Of a stretch of DNA of 64,000 nucleotides, positions 1 through 13,820 are shown one piece after another; positions within the stretch are counted from its first letter, which is position 1, and each line of letters opens with the position of its first letter. The notes under the pieces are model-generated. The model ran no database searches, was not told the DNA's origin, and saw only the letters and a list, made by a program, of their open reading frames with translations. This stretch comes from Macrostomum hystrix (Eukaryota; Animalia; Platyhelminthes): positions 12,462,001-12,526,000 of the forward strand of contig CATNEN010000001.1 of the NCBI GenBank assembly GCA_950097015.1, in the 5' to 3' direction. The position numbers and the translations under genes were made by a program.

Positions 1-1854
1 AATCTGGTTCTTCATTCTTGTCATTATGACTAAGACCTTTGCACAAAGAACTGTACAATCCCTCACAACCCTTCTGTTCACAGAATATCATTTAGTACAC
101 TTAGTGTATACAAACCCATGGCCCTTATCTCAACTAAACCGTAAAGAATTTTTGCACACTTTTTTCACAAGCGCGGATATTCTGGGCACCGAGAACTGGC
201 GAACAGGGCAAGGTGAGTTGTACATACCGATCGATATGATCTATACTTAAATTGGGGTGGTAGCTGTCAAAAAGAGCTAAAAATACACGGCACATCAGCG
301 AATGAGTCACGAATTAAAAATAGAAACTTTTTAAATTAACCACAAACTGAATTTGATTCTATTCCGTTATCTAGTTAGAAATCACTTCTATTAAAAACGA
401 ACTCATATGTACTACGAGTATACGAGTACGAGCTAGATATAGATAGCATAATCCAGTTGTGAAAAAATCACCCAGTTTATTCATTATGTTAGGCCTTCTA
501 CGTCGAGGCCCGTATCGGCCTGGTTGCTCAACGTTGGCTGGAAACAGAATTGAATTATATTTTTTTCCGCAACAAAAATACTTCAATAAGTGGCTCAGTC
601 GGGTGAGCGAGCGAACAATCATTTTTGTCTGCCAGATAAGATACCCTGCCTCTCTTGCTAGAACAATCCAAATTGCATTCCTAAAACAACAATAGGATTA
701 GCTGAGTTCTAGTTCTCAGTTTTCATCCCAAATTTGACAATTTCAACGAGCTAGTCTATCTTGGAGACTGCAAAATATCAGAAGCATCTATTTATTGCAC
801 TCCATTTAGGATGTTTGGAAGCTTACTAAGAAACTAAAATTGGGTATCCACAGTTATTTTTTTATTTCCAGAATCCATTGTTGTCTAATCCATTGGTTTG
901 CTCTCCAGTTCATTTAAAAATTAGCATATTCTTTTTGCGAGTACTAGCTCGTACGATGAAATTTGATGGCAAGCACTGATTTTTGTGGCACAATCAGGGC
1001 GTATAAAATAATGATAGAAAATTAAATACTCAGCTCGGTAAACCGACAAAGTTTAGAATAATTCAGCTCTTAGATCTTCAGATCGTATATCTTTAATTAA
1101 CTGTTCCAAACATACTACTTAGCAAAAGCAGCAGGAGTTATTAACATTCAACCATACAATAGGCAGTTAGAATGTCTGGCTTTATTTTTTCTCAAATTTA
1201 AAAAAAGTTAAATAAAAGTTTGAGAAGTACATGCGGCCGGGCAAGAAGTCTTACAAATGCACAAGTACAGTTTTCTACTCTACTGTTTAACGTCCGTGTG
1301 GATTCAAATAAATAAAGTCCTCAGGCACAAGCAACTCACTCTGCGACAAAAAATTTTTTTCGCGTGATCTGATCTCACTTGCTTTCAGTAGTTATTCAGT
1401 TTTTTGTTTGCATGCACTGTACCCATAAGAATTCTTATTTGAGAAAAATGACGGCCCTGCCAAAATTGGCTGGTGAAAACGTATTCTCTCTCAAACAAGA
1501 GACAGCTGTCAGTCGGGAGAACTTATCAGACAAGCCGACTCAAGTAATGCTCATTGAGTAGAATCGATAACTGACAATCTCATGGCAGCTGGGGCATTGC
1601 AGACACACAGCTATGCATACAGACCAACTGCAGGGTAGATTTGTATGACAAACTAAATACCTGTAAGTGTCAGCTACTCACTGTTTGATGAGTACTACAG
1701 AAAATGAGGCTTTAGGTAATATTTGTAATTGGGCAATGTGAAACGATACGATGATAAGATTGGATAAGAATAAGGATAAGGATAAGGATAAGAATTACGG
1801 CCAAATAAGAATGATAATAATTTTATATAATAATAATCATCGACTATACCTACC

Positions 1855-2196
1855 ACAATCGGGCCAAAATGTGCCGCCAGCAGGGGCGAAGTTATTGCGC
1901 AACGCATTTGAAAGCTGCGTACCGCTGTTCAGTCCATGGACTATTGAGACACTATACCCAACCTTAATTGCCCCAGCTGATGCTGGTACCAATTTACAGC
2001 TGAGTGAACTCAAGAAATGCCGAGTTAAAAGTCTTGCAAAAGGACACATATCGTTCCCATAGAGTCAGAAATAGGGGGTGAATGGACAGAGCGGTTAAGC
2101 CGTTTGCCTCTCGCACCAAGGTCCCTGAGCTCGATTCCGCGGCGAGGCCGCATTTATTCATTGTGAGTTCAATGCTCTAACCACTCGGCTACAACC
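1855..2196 (-). mobile_element. Degenerate SINE-A (CORE-like) copy with an embedded SINE-B head at ~2075-2155 (+)
   Basis: Reverse-complement similarity to 6356-6668; the embedded segment matches the SINE-B head. Confidence 0.6.
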
Positions 2197-2346
2197 CCTC
2201 AGGCTGTTAATGCGATAAACGCTGATTGGCTGTCAGAATAGAACAGAACAGAACCGGTGGCCTCTCTAACGTAAAAAGCTGCTCGAAAGTTAGAAGATGA
2301 AAATAAGAAAGCTTTGTCTGTACACGAACTGGTAAACTTGAGCGCA

Positions 2347-3172
2347 ATGTGCTCAATCTTACGTCTTCTAATTATTTTCGTCCCACTCGCGTTGTGCTCG
2401 AGTTTCAGTATGAATCTGACAAGCGTGAATGATTGTCCGAAGAGCACATTGAACCTGTCTCAACTGACTGGGGTCTTTGACATCCGCGCCTGCTGGGTTG
2501 AGTGCGCGCTGCGGATAAACTGCACGGCAGTGTACAAGCTGGGCTCCAGCTGCTATCTGGCCTCGAACAATCAGTACCCCAATCTGTGGTACCAGAACAA
2601 CTCCATGGACTGCTCAACTCAGGTTCTGGAGTTAATATTCTGTTCTCTAGCGTACTTTAGTGCATTTGAGTGTACTCTAGTGCATTTGAAGTGCATTCTA
2701 GTGCATTCGAGTGCATTTTAGTGCATTCTAGTGCATTCTAGTGCATTCTAGTGAATTGTAGGGTATTCTAGGGTATTCTATGGTATTCTACGGTATTCTA
2801 TGGTATTCTAGTGTATTCTAGTGTATTATAGTGTATTTTAAAGTATTCTAGTATATTCTATGGTATTGTAGGGTATTCTATGGTATTCTATAGTGCATTT
2901 TAGTGCATTCTAGTGCACTCTGTTGTATTTTAAGTATCTGCGGTACACGGACAACGAAATTATAGTATGTTAGTAGAGCACCTTTAACTTTACATGATGT
3001 GGATTTCGACTACAAGTGTGATGTCCTTGTACATTAGTATGATATAGTTTTAGCTTGACGCCTATTAACTCATTTAAAAAGTTGTCTCCTCAAGTAATTA
3101 TTCTATTTCAAACAAAAATTTCAGTTCATACCTGCTCGAGTTTCGAGTTTGGCCACATCGTTTGGCAAGTGA
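2347..3172 (+). CDS. Secreted PAN/Apple-domain protein, divergent copy (exons 2347-2622, 3125-3172)
   Basis: Hydrophobic signal peptide MCSILRLLIIFVPLALCSS and PAN-like Cys pattern C..ACWVECALRINCTAVYK..SCYL. Phase-0 donor CAG|GTTCTG and acceptor tttcag|TTC. Exon 2 (FIPARV...) resembles exon 2 of the 26689 copy (TVPARV). Confidence 0.7.
2670..2925. repeat. 10-bp tandem repeat (TAGTGCATTC / TAGTGTATTC) in intron
   Basis: Visible periodic repeat. Confidence 0.85.
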
Positions 3173-3484
3173 GGAAAATGGTCTTCAACAGAAACATTAA
3201 TGCTGGATGCGAGTAGCTGGTCACAAAGTCACCAAATGACAAATATTCAGCAAAAATGGAAATGGTCTACAAGTACTCGCTAATAGACAAGTTGCTTTTG
3301 TGAAAAAAAAATATGCAACTTAACAATTCGTGCGGCTTTTGATACGTAAAATTCAATATATTTTACGTCACGTCAGTTTTCGATGTGTTACGTATCATTG
3401 TCCAAGGCATCAATAAAATATATATTTATAATCTGAAAACTCAAAGATCACCTTTAGGTTAGAGCAATACTTAAGCCGATTCTA

Positions 3485-5252
3485 AGATCCGATACACAAA
3501 TTGTCGATACCCAAAGAGTCGATACCCAAAGAGTCGATACCCAAATTGTCGATACATAAAGAGTCGACACTCGGAGAGTCGATACCCAAAGAGTCGATTC
3601 CGAAAGAGTCAATACCGAAAGAGTCGATACCGAAAGAGTCGATACCCAAAGAGTCGATGCCTAAAGAGTCGATAACAAAAGAGTCGATACACAAAGAGTC
3701 GATACCCGAAGAGTCGATACCCAAAGAGACAATACCCAAAGAGTCGATGCCTAAAGAGTCGATAACAAAAGAGTCGATACACAAAGAGTCGATACCCGAA
3801 GAGTCGATACCCAAAGAGACAATACCCAAAAAGACAATACCCAAAGAGACAATACCCAAAGAGACAATACCCAAAGAGTCGATGCCTAAAGAGTCGATAA
3901 CAAAAGAGTCGATAACAAAAGAGTCGATAACAAAAGAGTCGATACCCAAAGAGTCGATACCCAAAGAGACAATACCCAAAGAGACAATACCCAAAGAGTC
4001 GATGCCTAAAGAGTCGATAACAAAAGAGTCGATACACAAAGAGTCGATACCCAAAGAGACAATACCCAAAGAGTCGATGCCTAAAGAGTCGATAACAAAA
4101 GAGTCGATAACAAAAGAGTCGATACACAAAGAGTCGATACCCGAATAGTCGATACCCAAAGAGACAATACCCAAAGAGTCGATGCCTAAAGAGTCGATAC
4201 CCAAAGAGTCGATACCCAAAGAGACAATACCCAAAGAGTCGATGCCTAAAGAGTCGATAACAAAAGAGTCGATAACAAAAGAGTCGATACACAAAGAGTC
4301 GATACCCGAATAGTCGATACCCAAAGAGACAATACCCAAAGAGTCGATGCCTAAAGAGTCGATACCCAAAGAGTCGATACCCAAAGAGACAATACCCAAA
4401 GAGTCGATGCCTAAAGAGTCGATAACAAAATAGTCGATAACAAAAGAGTCGATACCCAAAGAGTCGATACCCAAAGAGACAATACCCAAAGAGACAATAC
4501 CCAAAGAGTCGATGCCTAAAGAGTCGATAACAAAATAGTCGATAACAAAAGAGTCGATACCCAAAGAGTCGATACCCAAAGAGACAATACCCAAAGAGTC
4601 GATGCCTAAAGAGTCGATAACAAAAGAGTCGATAACAAAAGAGTCGATACCTAAAGAGTCGATACCCAAAGAGACAATACCCAAAGAGTCGATGCCTAAA
4701 GAGTCGATAACAAAAGAGTCAATACCCAAATTTTCGATACCCAAAGATTCGATACCCAAATTTTCGATACCCAAAGAGTCGATACCCAAATTGTCGATAC
4801 ATAAAGAGTCGACACTCGGAGAGTCGATACCCAAAGAGTCGATTCCGAAAGAGTCAATACCGAAAGAGTCAATGCCGAAAGAGTCAATACCGAAAGAGTC
4901 GATACCGAAAGAGTCGATACCCAAAGAGTCGATACCCAAAGAGCCGATTCCCAAAGAGTTGATACACAAAGAGTCGATACACAAAGAGTCGATACCCAAA
5001 GAGTCGATACCCAAAGAGTCGATACCCAAAGAGACAATACCCAAAGAGTCGATACCCAAAGAGTCGATGCCTAAAGAGTCGATAACAAAATAGTCGATAA
5101 CAAAAGAGTCGATACCCAAAGAGTCGATACCCAAAGAGTCGATACCCAAAGAGCCGATTCCCAAAGAGTCGATACCCAAAGAGCCGATTCCCAAAGAGTT
5201 GATACACAAAGAGTCGATACACAAAGAGTCGATACACAAAGAGTCGATCCCC
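3485..5252. repeat. 15-bp minisatellite (GAGTCGATACCCAAA)n
   Basis: Direct tandem array with recurring unit variants; explains the SLGID/ESIPK ORFs. Confidence 0.97.
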
Positions 5253-5647
5253 AATGAGCAGGTTTCATAGCTTTACTAATAAATGCTTGGATTTTTTATG
5301 CAAAAGCGTCTAATATTCGTACTAGAATTTATACAAGAGTTAAAACTAAATTTCCGTGTAGCATTTTCACAAGAAAACAATGCTTTGTATTCCGATACTA
5401 AAACTATAGAGCTGCGTGATAGTGAATATTTGGCTTTCCCAAAAACAATAAATCCGAAATCCGACTCTCAAATAAAAGCAGCGCATTTGGCAGGATTGCA
5501 TTTGGCACGAAATGGCCAGAAATCATACAGCGCAAACAAGACAAAAATATCCGAATTACGACCCATGCGAGAAAAACTAAGAATGAGGCAAATTTGTCGA
5601 AACCAAATTCGAATTCCAAAATCATTGACTGCTTCGTGACCACAAAA

Positions 5648-6054
5648 ATGATTTCATTCCAGATGCTCTGCAGCCTGCTGTGTCTGCAGTCCATTGTTTC
5701 TGGTGTCACCGTCCGCCTCAGCGTCGTCTCTGCCTGTCCCAGGAGCATCACCGACCTGTCGCTGGTCAAGGGAGTTCGAGATCCTCGGACCTGCTCGGTG
5801 GAGTGCGCTCTGAGACCGAACTGCACCGCCGTGTTCAAGCGAGACGACTCTTGCTACCTGGCCAATCTCACTCAGTATGAGGCTCTGTGGACACCTCAGG
5901 ACTGCGTAGGTTGTCCCAATTTCACCCGCAGGTTGTGCTACACAGGCTGCCAGCTGAAGCTGCTTCAAGCACCAATACAAATTCTGCGGCCGCAACTGGC
6001 ACACCTGCAAGGGCCTTGAATGAATGTACTCCACTGGGAGTACACTTTTATTAA
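5648..6054 (+). CDS. PAN-core gene with collapsed intron (type-A tail); either read-through frame ending 6019 or 26-nt intron 5906-5931
   Basis: Signal peptide MISFQMLCSLLCLQSIVSG and the shared core. Downstream sequence matches the intron end and exon 2 of the 9415 copy, but most of the intron and its donor are deleted. Confidence 0.6.
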
Positions 6055-6355
6055 ATGTTTTTTTTACTTTAATAAACACCGTGCGGTCCAGTCCGAGTAC
6101 GGATATTTGACTGTTACTTGCTTGGCAGTATTCGAATGACTATATTTAGTAAATTGCTTGTATTTAGTGAAAAAGTACATTAAATGATGGTTGGTCAACA
6201 ACTAAAACAAAGTGCAAGATAACTTGAATCTCAGTAGAAGTTTTTAACAGCAATATTTTGAGACGAATCTTTAATTTATTAGAATCAGAATCAGTGAAAT
6301 TTAAACAAACTATATCCGGAAAACCCGAAATATAGTTTTTAAACAAACTATATAG

Positions 6356-6668
6356 AGGTTGTAGCCTAGTGGTTAGGGCGTCGGACTCACGACTTGAAGG
6401 TCGGGGGTTTGATTCCCGACTCCCCTGAACAATTTGTGTCCTTTAGCAAGACACTTAACTCTGCATTGCTTCAGTTCACCCAGCTGTTAAATGGGTACCA
6501 GCATCAGCTGGGATAATTGAAGGTGGGTGTGGCGTCCCCCCAGTCGATGGACTGAACAGCTGTACGCAGCCTTCAGATGCGCCGCGCATTAGCTGCGGCT
6601 GTGCTGTCGGCTGCACATCTGGCCCAATTGGGGCAGGTGTAATCAATAAAATAAAAATACAATACAAT
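6356..6668 (+). mobile_element. tRNA-derived SINE-A with CORE-like domain, full length
   Basis: A-box TAGCCTAGTGG, B-box-like GGTTTGATTCCC, segment TGTGTCCTTTAGCAAGACACTTAAC...CTGTTAAATGGG resembling the MIR CORE, A-rich tail; several copies in the window. Confidence 0.8.
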
Positions 6669-7742
6669 ATCCGGAAACGTTTGTTTAAACGCTCAATGTC
6701 ATTGTTAAAGGAAATTGCAGTTTTTTGGTTCATCTGAAGCCACATCTGTACCGATTTAAACAAACGGATGCATGCTACCTATAGTAAAGTAGAATTGTTT
6801 GACAAAGTCTAAACTGTGGAAGTTAAGAATAGATGAACTGATATTGTAAAGCTAAGAATTTATAGAGTGAAATAAACTGTCAACATATACTTTTTGACTA
6901 AATATGTTTTTAACAGATATTTTTGTTTCTACCACAAGCTGTATTCTCTTATAGATGCGAATACCGTCATTACGTGCGCTGATGTAATGGGAAAATGCGA
7001 AAATTTCCCAAATGTGTTTAATAAATATTCTTAGAGAAATTTCGACATATGTTACTCATAAGTGTATAAAGTAATACGAGTATAATCGGGACATGGGTTT
7101 TATAATTTATCAAAAGATAAAGAAATCAAAAGCAAGTTACGTACATGCGCAATTGTACGGTAGGAAAGACATCTTGGTGCACTTATTTTTAAACCAGGAG
7201 GTACAGTACTGTATGAACTTAGTACTCGCGAACACTTAGCTGTGCGTCACAATGTCTCAGCAGGCAGCTCATATGCGACTTTTACGCTCATTGCTATTAG
7301 GGAAATCCGTGTCATGCGATCAAGAGTTGACCACTATGACCATTGCGATGACTGACGAAGCGAAACAATGTAACACCCATGTGTCTAGTTAAAATACACT
7401 GCGCGAATGGGAAACGGTTGTCTATATAAACGAGACACCTGGAAGGCACAATACTCAGACTTTTCCGGCGATAGGCCTATAAAGGAGACTCTCACGGGTC
7501 TGGGAGTTTGCTCAACCAGTGCAGACCTCCCCGGTGTGCGTGGCATACCCAGCCGAAAGCTTTCAACTAACGGTTCAGTCCTAACGGCCTCTGCAGTGGG
7601 CGACTCAAGTTGATCGTATAGTGAGCAATACTAAGAATACTTTGGCCAGATTAGAACTACTTCAATTAATATCGATTCTCTGACGAAACTATCTTGACCC
7701 TATCTGTCAGAGAGGTCGGAAGATTCAGATTGTGTGCATTCT

Positions 7743-8781
7743 AGCAACAACAACAACAACAACAACAAGAGACGCTAGCCCCAAAAGTCAGGGAGGCAGC
7801 GTCAGATGGCGCGCCGCAGAGCCAGCGCGCGAACATGGTCCGCGCCGGTGGCAGTGTCGGGCGCCCCGGCGTCGCTCAGCAAGCAGTCGACATAGCGGCG
7901 GGTCCGAGCCTGGCCGCGCCTGAACGGGCCCTGCAGGGTGAGCAGCAGGACGTCCTGGGCAGGCTGGCGGCAGTAGCTCTCGGCCCGAATAACGTGGCCC
8001 GCTAGCCGAAGTCGCCGCTGGCGCAGGATGGTGGACGGGCGTTGCAGCTGGGCTCTCTCGTACAGAGCCTCGGTCCCGACGCTCTCGTAGGCTTGAAAGG
8101 CCGCACGGAGCAGCCCCGAGTGCGCCGAGTCCAGCTGCCGCTCTAGAGTAGCTGTCAGCGTCCACGGCTCGGCGTTGTACAGCAGGACGGTCTCGACCAC
8201 CGCCTGCCACAGCCGAGCCCTCTGGCGTTCAGGCAGCGCTGTGGACTGGAGGACGGCCCGGATCGAACGGTAGGCCGCCCATGCGAGTCCTCTGCGCCGC
8301 CGGATGTCCTCTTCCACGTTGGGCACCAGACCGCCGAGGTAAGTGAACCGCTGGCAGCGTGCGAGCAAGATTCTCTGCCCGTCTGCGCCGCGGCACGTCA
8401 GGTTCGCTGGAATGTCGGCCGGCACGGTTAGCACCTCGGTCTAAAGCGTGTTGATCACTAGGCCGACGCTTGATGCCACCTCAGCCAACCTGTCAATCTG
8501 GCGCTGGGCACCTTCAACAGTCGAGGACAGGAGGGCGAGGTCGTCGGCGTAGCCAAGCACGCTAAGGCGCTTCTCATCGTGGCGGCGACCGATGCGTCTG
8601 CGCAGCAGGAAGCCGTCTTCAGCCGAGGGGAGAGCAGTCCGAAGCACCCAGTCCAGGAGAAGCACGAAGAGGAACGGGGCCAGCGTGTCGCCCTGCAGCA
8701 CTCCTGACGAGGTGGCAAACAGGTCGGACAGGCCGTCCGCCGTAACAACAGCAGCGCGCGTGTCGCGAGATTATAACGCGC
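7743..8781 (-). mobile_element. 5'-truncated RTE-like non-LTR retrotransposon (RT C-terminal part), inactive
   Basis: GVLQGDTLAPFLF, YADD, FTYLG and RRLRLAGHVIR motifs; one in-frame TAG at 8441-8443; (TTG)n 3' tail at ~7745-7768; candidate TSD GTGCATTCT at 7734-7742 and 8782-8790. Confidence 0.9.
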
Positions 8782-9414
8782 GTGCATTCTGCAAGAGCAG
8801 AAGGCCGAGAACCACACAAAAAATTAAGGCTGGATCTACCTGGACTGTCTATCTTATTTAGACTTTATCACAGCGTCTCCAGCACCAAGCACTACCTAAC
8901 TAGATCCCAGATCATACATATCATATCAACAAAGTAAAGTCGAACCAAACACTTTGCATACCTTCGATAATTAGTCCTGTTTTCTCAATCACATTTTTGT
9001 GAGTCCTTTCCCATTTCTTTATTATGAAGAGCAAGCAACGCTACTTAAAAGTTCGCAACTTCAAGCAAACAAACAATTTTTTTCTGCTTAGCTTTAGTCT
9101 TAAATACAAGCACCATTGTTTCTCTAAACAAGCTCTGATTGACGATTTTGAAAGTAGGCAGAAAAATGTATGCCTCAAGTCAAATGCGCTACCCTTAAAA
9201 GCAAGCTCCATTATTTTTACGCGAATGAACACACACAATGCATTTTCCATTGATGACCGTATAAATATTTCCAAAGCTTTTAAAACGGAAAAAAAGCATA
9301 AAAGGTTCCTTTCAGGCAACATATCCTTTCTGCTGACATCCGAGCTCCTGTTTAATGTCAGGAGCTCAAATTTTTAAACCGTCAGTTCAGCTCAAGTTTT
9401 TTTGCTAAGTACTG

Positions 9415-9885
9415 ATGAAGGCAGTCATTGCTTTTGTCAGCCTGCTAAGCCTGCTTCCCGATGCGAAGGGAGTCACCATCCGCCTCAGCGTCGTCTCCGC
9501 CTGTCCCAGGAGCATCACCGACCTGTCGCTGGTCAAGGGAGTTCGAGATGCTCGCTCCTGCTCGGTGGAGTGCGCTCTGAGGCCGAACTGCACCGCCGTG
9601 TTCAAGCGAGACGACTCTTGCTACCTGGCCAATCTCACTCAGTATGAGGCTCTGTGGACACCTCAGGACTGCGTCAGCGAGGTCTGTGACTGATAATTTA
9701 GGATTTGTACAGTTTATTTCCTCGTGCAGCTCTAATGCATGTTGTCGCCCCAATTCCACCCGCAGGTTGTGCTACACAGGCTGCCAGCTGAAGCTGCATC
9801 GAGCACCAATACAAATTCTGTGGCCGCAACTACCACACCTGCTGGTGGCTTGAATGAAGGCCGCCCGAAGCTTCTCTTGGATTAA
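9415..9885 (+). CDS. Secreted PAN-core protein with type-A Ala/Ser/Thr tail (exons 9415-9681, 9766-9885)
   Basis: Signal MKAVIAFVSLLSLL and shared core; phase-0 GAG|GTCTGT...CCGCAG|GTT; exon 2 VVLHRLPAEAASSTNTNSVAATTTPAGG...LD*. Confidence 0.8.
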
Positions 9886-10339
9886 ATTCCCTATTTAGAA
9901 TAGCTTAATTAGAACTAAGTCGACTTAAACGTGCAATTTTTGTGTCGAATCATACGTATTGGTCGATTGATAATCTGTTGTGATTTAGAGAAATAATTTA
10001 GACACCAATCCTATTTTAGAAAACTTTGAATGGCTGAAACGTCGATTCAATATTTCAAATGCCCTCGTGTTCTGAGGGAGAAAAACAGCGTGCTATTTTA
10101 ACTGTTATAGCTTTAGTTACTTCTTTAGTTGCCAGAACTTACCCAGAAAGTGGCTTCTGAAAAATTCACATAAAATCAGCTTTCTGTGATAGAACACATC
10201 ACAAGAGGGTATGCAATTTTACCACAGCTTCAAAATTCTCAAATTAAAAAATTGCGGAACATATAGGTCAACCAGCAGTATTAGCATCGATGCTAAAACC
10301 CAAACTATCGATTGTGCCAGTGTCAGAATGCGCTTTGAG

Positions 10340-10410
10340 ACTTGCTACCTGGCCAATCTCACTCAGTATGAGGCTCTGTGGACACCCCAGAACTGCGTCA
10401 GCGAGGTCTT
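10340..10410 (+). pseudogene. Fragment of the PAN core (3' third plus donor)
   Basis: CYLANLTQYEALWTPQNCVSE|GTCT, nearly identical at DNA level to the core; no upstream part. Confidence 0.8.
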
Positions 10411-10494
10411 TGTCTGCTTGTTTATAACTTAATGACTATTCTGAACTACGTGACTGCAACAATTGTATTCTTACTGTACCTATGCAAGACAGCA

Positions 10495-10743
10495 AGTTGT
10501 AGCCTAGTGGTTAGGGCGTCGTACTCACGACTTGAAGGTCAAGGGTTCGATTCCCGACTCGACTGGAACAACTGTGTCCTTTAGCAAGGCACTTAACTCT
10601 ACACTGCTTCCGTTTACCCAGCTGCTAAATGGGAGCCAGTACTAGCCGTGGTAACTGACGTGTAGATGTGGCGTCCGCCTAGTCCATGGACTGAACAGCT
10701 GTACGCAGCCTTCAGATGCAGCGCGCAATAGCTGTGGCTGTGC
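10495..10743 (+). mobile_element. SINE-A copy, 3'-truncated
   Basis: High similarity to 6356-6600. Confidence 0.8.
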
Positions 10744-11124
10744 CTATTTCTGTGCCTAGAAGGGATTTCATAACATTCTATTATTTTGGAATTCACTTTG
10801 CAAGTAGTGACTTGGGGTGTGAGTTTTCAAGCAGCGAAGTCAATGACTGGCCATTACCCCGCGAAACAAGGCTAGCTAATCACATTTATCACACAAGCCA
10901 CGAACATAATTATTGTACCTAACCCAAGCAGTTCTCGAACCAGTTAATCCATTCTAATTAATAGCTAAGGACAAACAAGATCTACTTCTGTGAATCGAGA
11001 AAGGCAAGGCAAGACAACCTACTTCCGTGAGTAGCGCCATGCGCAAATGATCCTGCAAATGACCCCTGGCTTTAAATGCGGAAAGGCAAAGTGCAAAGAT
11101 GAACTAGGGAAGCTACACCACCCA

Positions 11125-11380
11125 CCGCAGACATTTCACTGACTCCTGAGCACACACGCACACAGATACTGTACTCAGGTATACGCTCACACAGGTGTGT
11201 ACATCTGCCCTGACTTTCACATCGTCAGGCGGAGTACACTTTCACTGTGCCTTGGAGATTGGCCCTCTAGATTGTAAATTGCACGACAAGCGGCGTAGCC
11301 TTGACTGCGCCCCAAATAAATGTGACCGCGCCGCGGAATCGAGCTGCTCAGGTACCTGGTGCGACCACTCTGCCACTCAC
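11125..11380 (-). mobile_element. SINE-B copy, degenerate
   Basis: Similar to 17305-17606. Confidence 0.7.
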
Positions 11381-12845
11381 CTCCTTGAACATTAGATAGC
11401 TGAAATACCGATTCTGCGTAAGTGATCAGAGTTAGGAGATATTAAGAAGAATAACATTAGGTAGTCGTTCTCCCTGCCGTGACCGCCAAGTAAAGTAAAG
11501 TTTAAATCAATTCTGCCGGCTAATTCCACACCTTACTTGGTTCTCAGCGCGCACTTAGAAAGCATCAGTAAAGCTTTCAAAATTCAGGAACAATGAGCCA
11601 GCTGGCTTTGTTCTCTTGTTAGAGACTGGTAAATAAAAATGCTTCTCCCGTTTAAATCGCGAGCTGCAATTATCTTCCGTATTCTTTTGGTGCAATAACT
11701 GTATTTAAGATACGCCCTAATCCATTTATCATAATATATGGTTCTTCTAGACATTGTCTTTAGCTGTTCGTATAGTGTAGACTGTTTAATTACGAAGATA
11801 GAATTGCTGAAGGAAATTGCTCGTACGGGCCTACGTTTGAAACAATGAAATATTACTTTTTAGTTGCTAAAGTCTTCATTTTGGGCTTTCAAGCCTCCAA
11901 GCAACTGCTGTTTGCCCAGTTAAAATCGAGGAAGCGAAAATGGGCTTGCCTTTGAAAAAGCTTTCTGTTAAACCCAGGGTTTAGAAAATCGATTCATGCA
12001 AAAAATAAAAGCAATTTTTTTCTTATCAGGCCTACATCTAACCATTTTACTAGTTCCTCGTATCTAAGCCTTCTAATCTAGACGCCAAAACTCCAAAGGA
12101 AATTTGATACCTGATTCCGACGTCAAAAAATTATTGGGACCTAAAATATTCAAACTTATCGATATCAAAATATAGAACACGGACTAAAATTGTCCAGTTT
12201 TTGCTGACAAAAGGGAGATATCCCGTAGATGCATCATGCTATCATGCTATTCTCACAAGGGAATGTTGAGAACAGGGAAAAATGAACTTGAAATATTTCA
12301 CAAAATATATTGACAGAAATCGATGAAGTAGAGAAAATCATACAAAATGATCAGCCTTTGCTCCGCCTCCAATCACAGTTGTTTTAATTTTCCTTTTTCT
12401 GCGAAAACCAGCCTGCTAAACTTTTCTAAGAAACGTTCTTCTCCGCCATTCTACTCCTAGTGGACCTTGGAAATAAACTGGCTTTAGTTTGCTCTTGAAA
12501 TATCTATTCAGCAGAACAATTCAATGCAAGACGTTTAAGACAAAATGGGAAGCTAAGCATGAAGACGAGAACCAAAAGAACAAAACAAAAGGAGATATGC
12601 AGTATGCGAATCGAGTGCTAAGAATTGAAAGTTTTCCGCACTCGATCAATGAGCGACGTATTTGACATTATAGACACAAAATTGCATGCTTGGTTGCGAC
12701 ATTCATCAATAATAAACGCTTTCTGTTGCATCCTGAGACCAAACAGATGGCTTAATCTCGTCCCCATCGTGACTTGACAAGGGAATAGCGTGAGATACTT
12801 AGCAGACAGTGTGAAATTTCGAAAAAACAGTCCATGATATTGCCA

Positions 12846-13820
12846 TAGCATGATGCATCTAGGATTCTAGGGGATAGCATGGTGAATCTAGGGGATAGCA
12901 TGATGTGTCCAGGGGATAGCATGATGCATCTAGGGGATAGCATGATGCATCTAGGGGATAGCATGGTGCATCTAGGGGATAGCATGGTGCATCTAGGGGA
13001 CAGCATGGTGCATCTAGGGGACAGCATGGTGCATCTAGGGGATAGCATGGTGCATCTAGGGGATAGCATGGTGCATCTAGGGGATAGCATGGTGCATCTA
13101 GGGGATAGCATGGTGCATCTAGGGGATAGCATGATGAATCTAGGGGATAGCATGGTGCATCTAGGGGATAGCATGATGCATCTAGGGGATAGCATGATGA
13201 ATCTAGGGGATAGCATGGTGCATCTAGGGGATAGCATGGTGCATCTAGGGGATAGCATGGTGCATCTAGGGGACAGCATGGTGCATCTAGGGGATAGCAT
13301 GGTGCATCTAGGGGATAGCATGGTGCATCTAGGGGATAGCATGGTGCATCTAGGGGACAGCATGGTGCATCTAGGGGATAGCATGGTGCATCTAGGGGAT
13401 AGCATGATGTGTCCAGGGGACAGCATGGTGCATCTAGGGGATAGCATGGTGCATCTAGGGGATAGCATGGTGCATCCAGGGGATAGCATGGTGCATCTAG
13501 GGGATAGCATGGTGCATCTAGGGGATAGCATGATGAATCTAGGGGATAGCATGATGTGTCCAGGGGATAGCATGATGCATCTAGGGGATAGCATGATGAA
13601 TCTAGGGGATAGCATGATGTGTCCAGGGGATAGCATGATGTGTCCAGGGGATAGCATGATGTGTCCAGGGGATAGCATGATGTGTCCAGGGGATAGCATG
13701 ATGTGTCCAGGGGATAGCATGATGTGTCCAGGGGATAGCATGATGTGTCCAGGGGATAGCATGATGTGTCCAGGGGATAGCATGATGTGTCCAGGGGATA
13801 GCATGATGTGTCCAGGGGAT
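12846..13820. repeat. 21-bp minisatellite (GGGGATAGCATGGTGCATCTA)n
   Basis: Tandem array; explains the MLSPRCT/LGDSMVH ORFs. Confidence 0.97.

Noticed and set aside
3482-5254. 590-aa SLGID pentapeptide-repeat ORF and ESIPK ORFs
   Set aside because: Product of a 15-bp unit that is open in several frames on both strands; no unique flanking coding sequence or splice context.
6356-6425. tRNA genes at the SINE heads
   Set aside because: They continue into shared SINE bodies and are variably degenerate, so they are not called as tRNAs.
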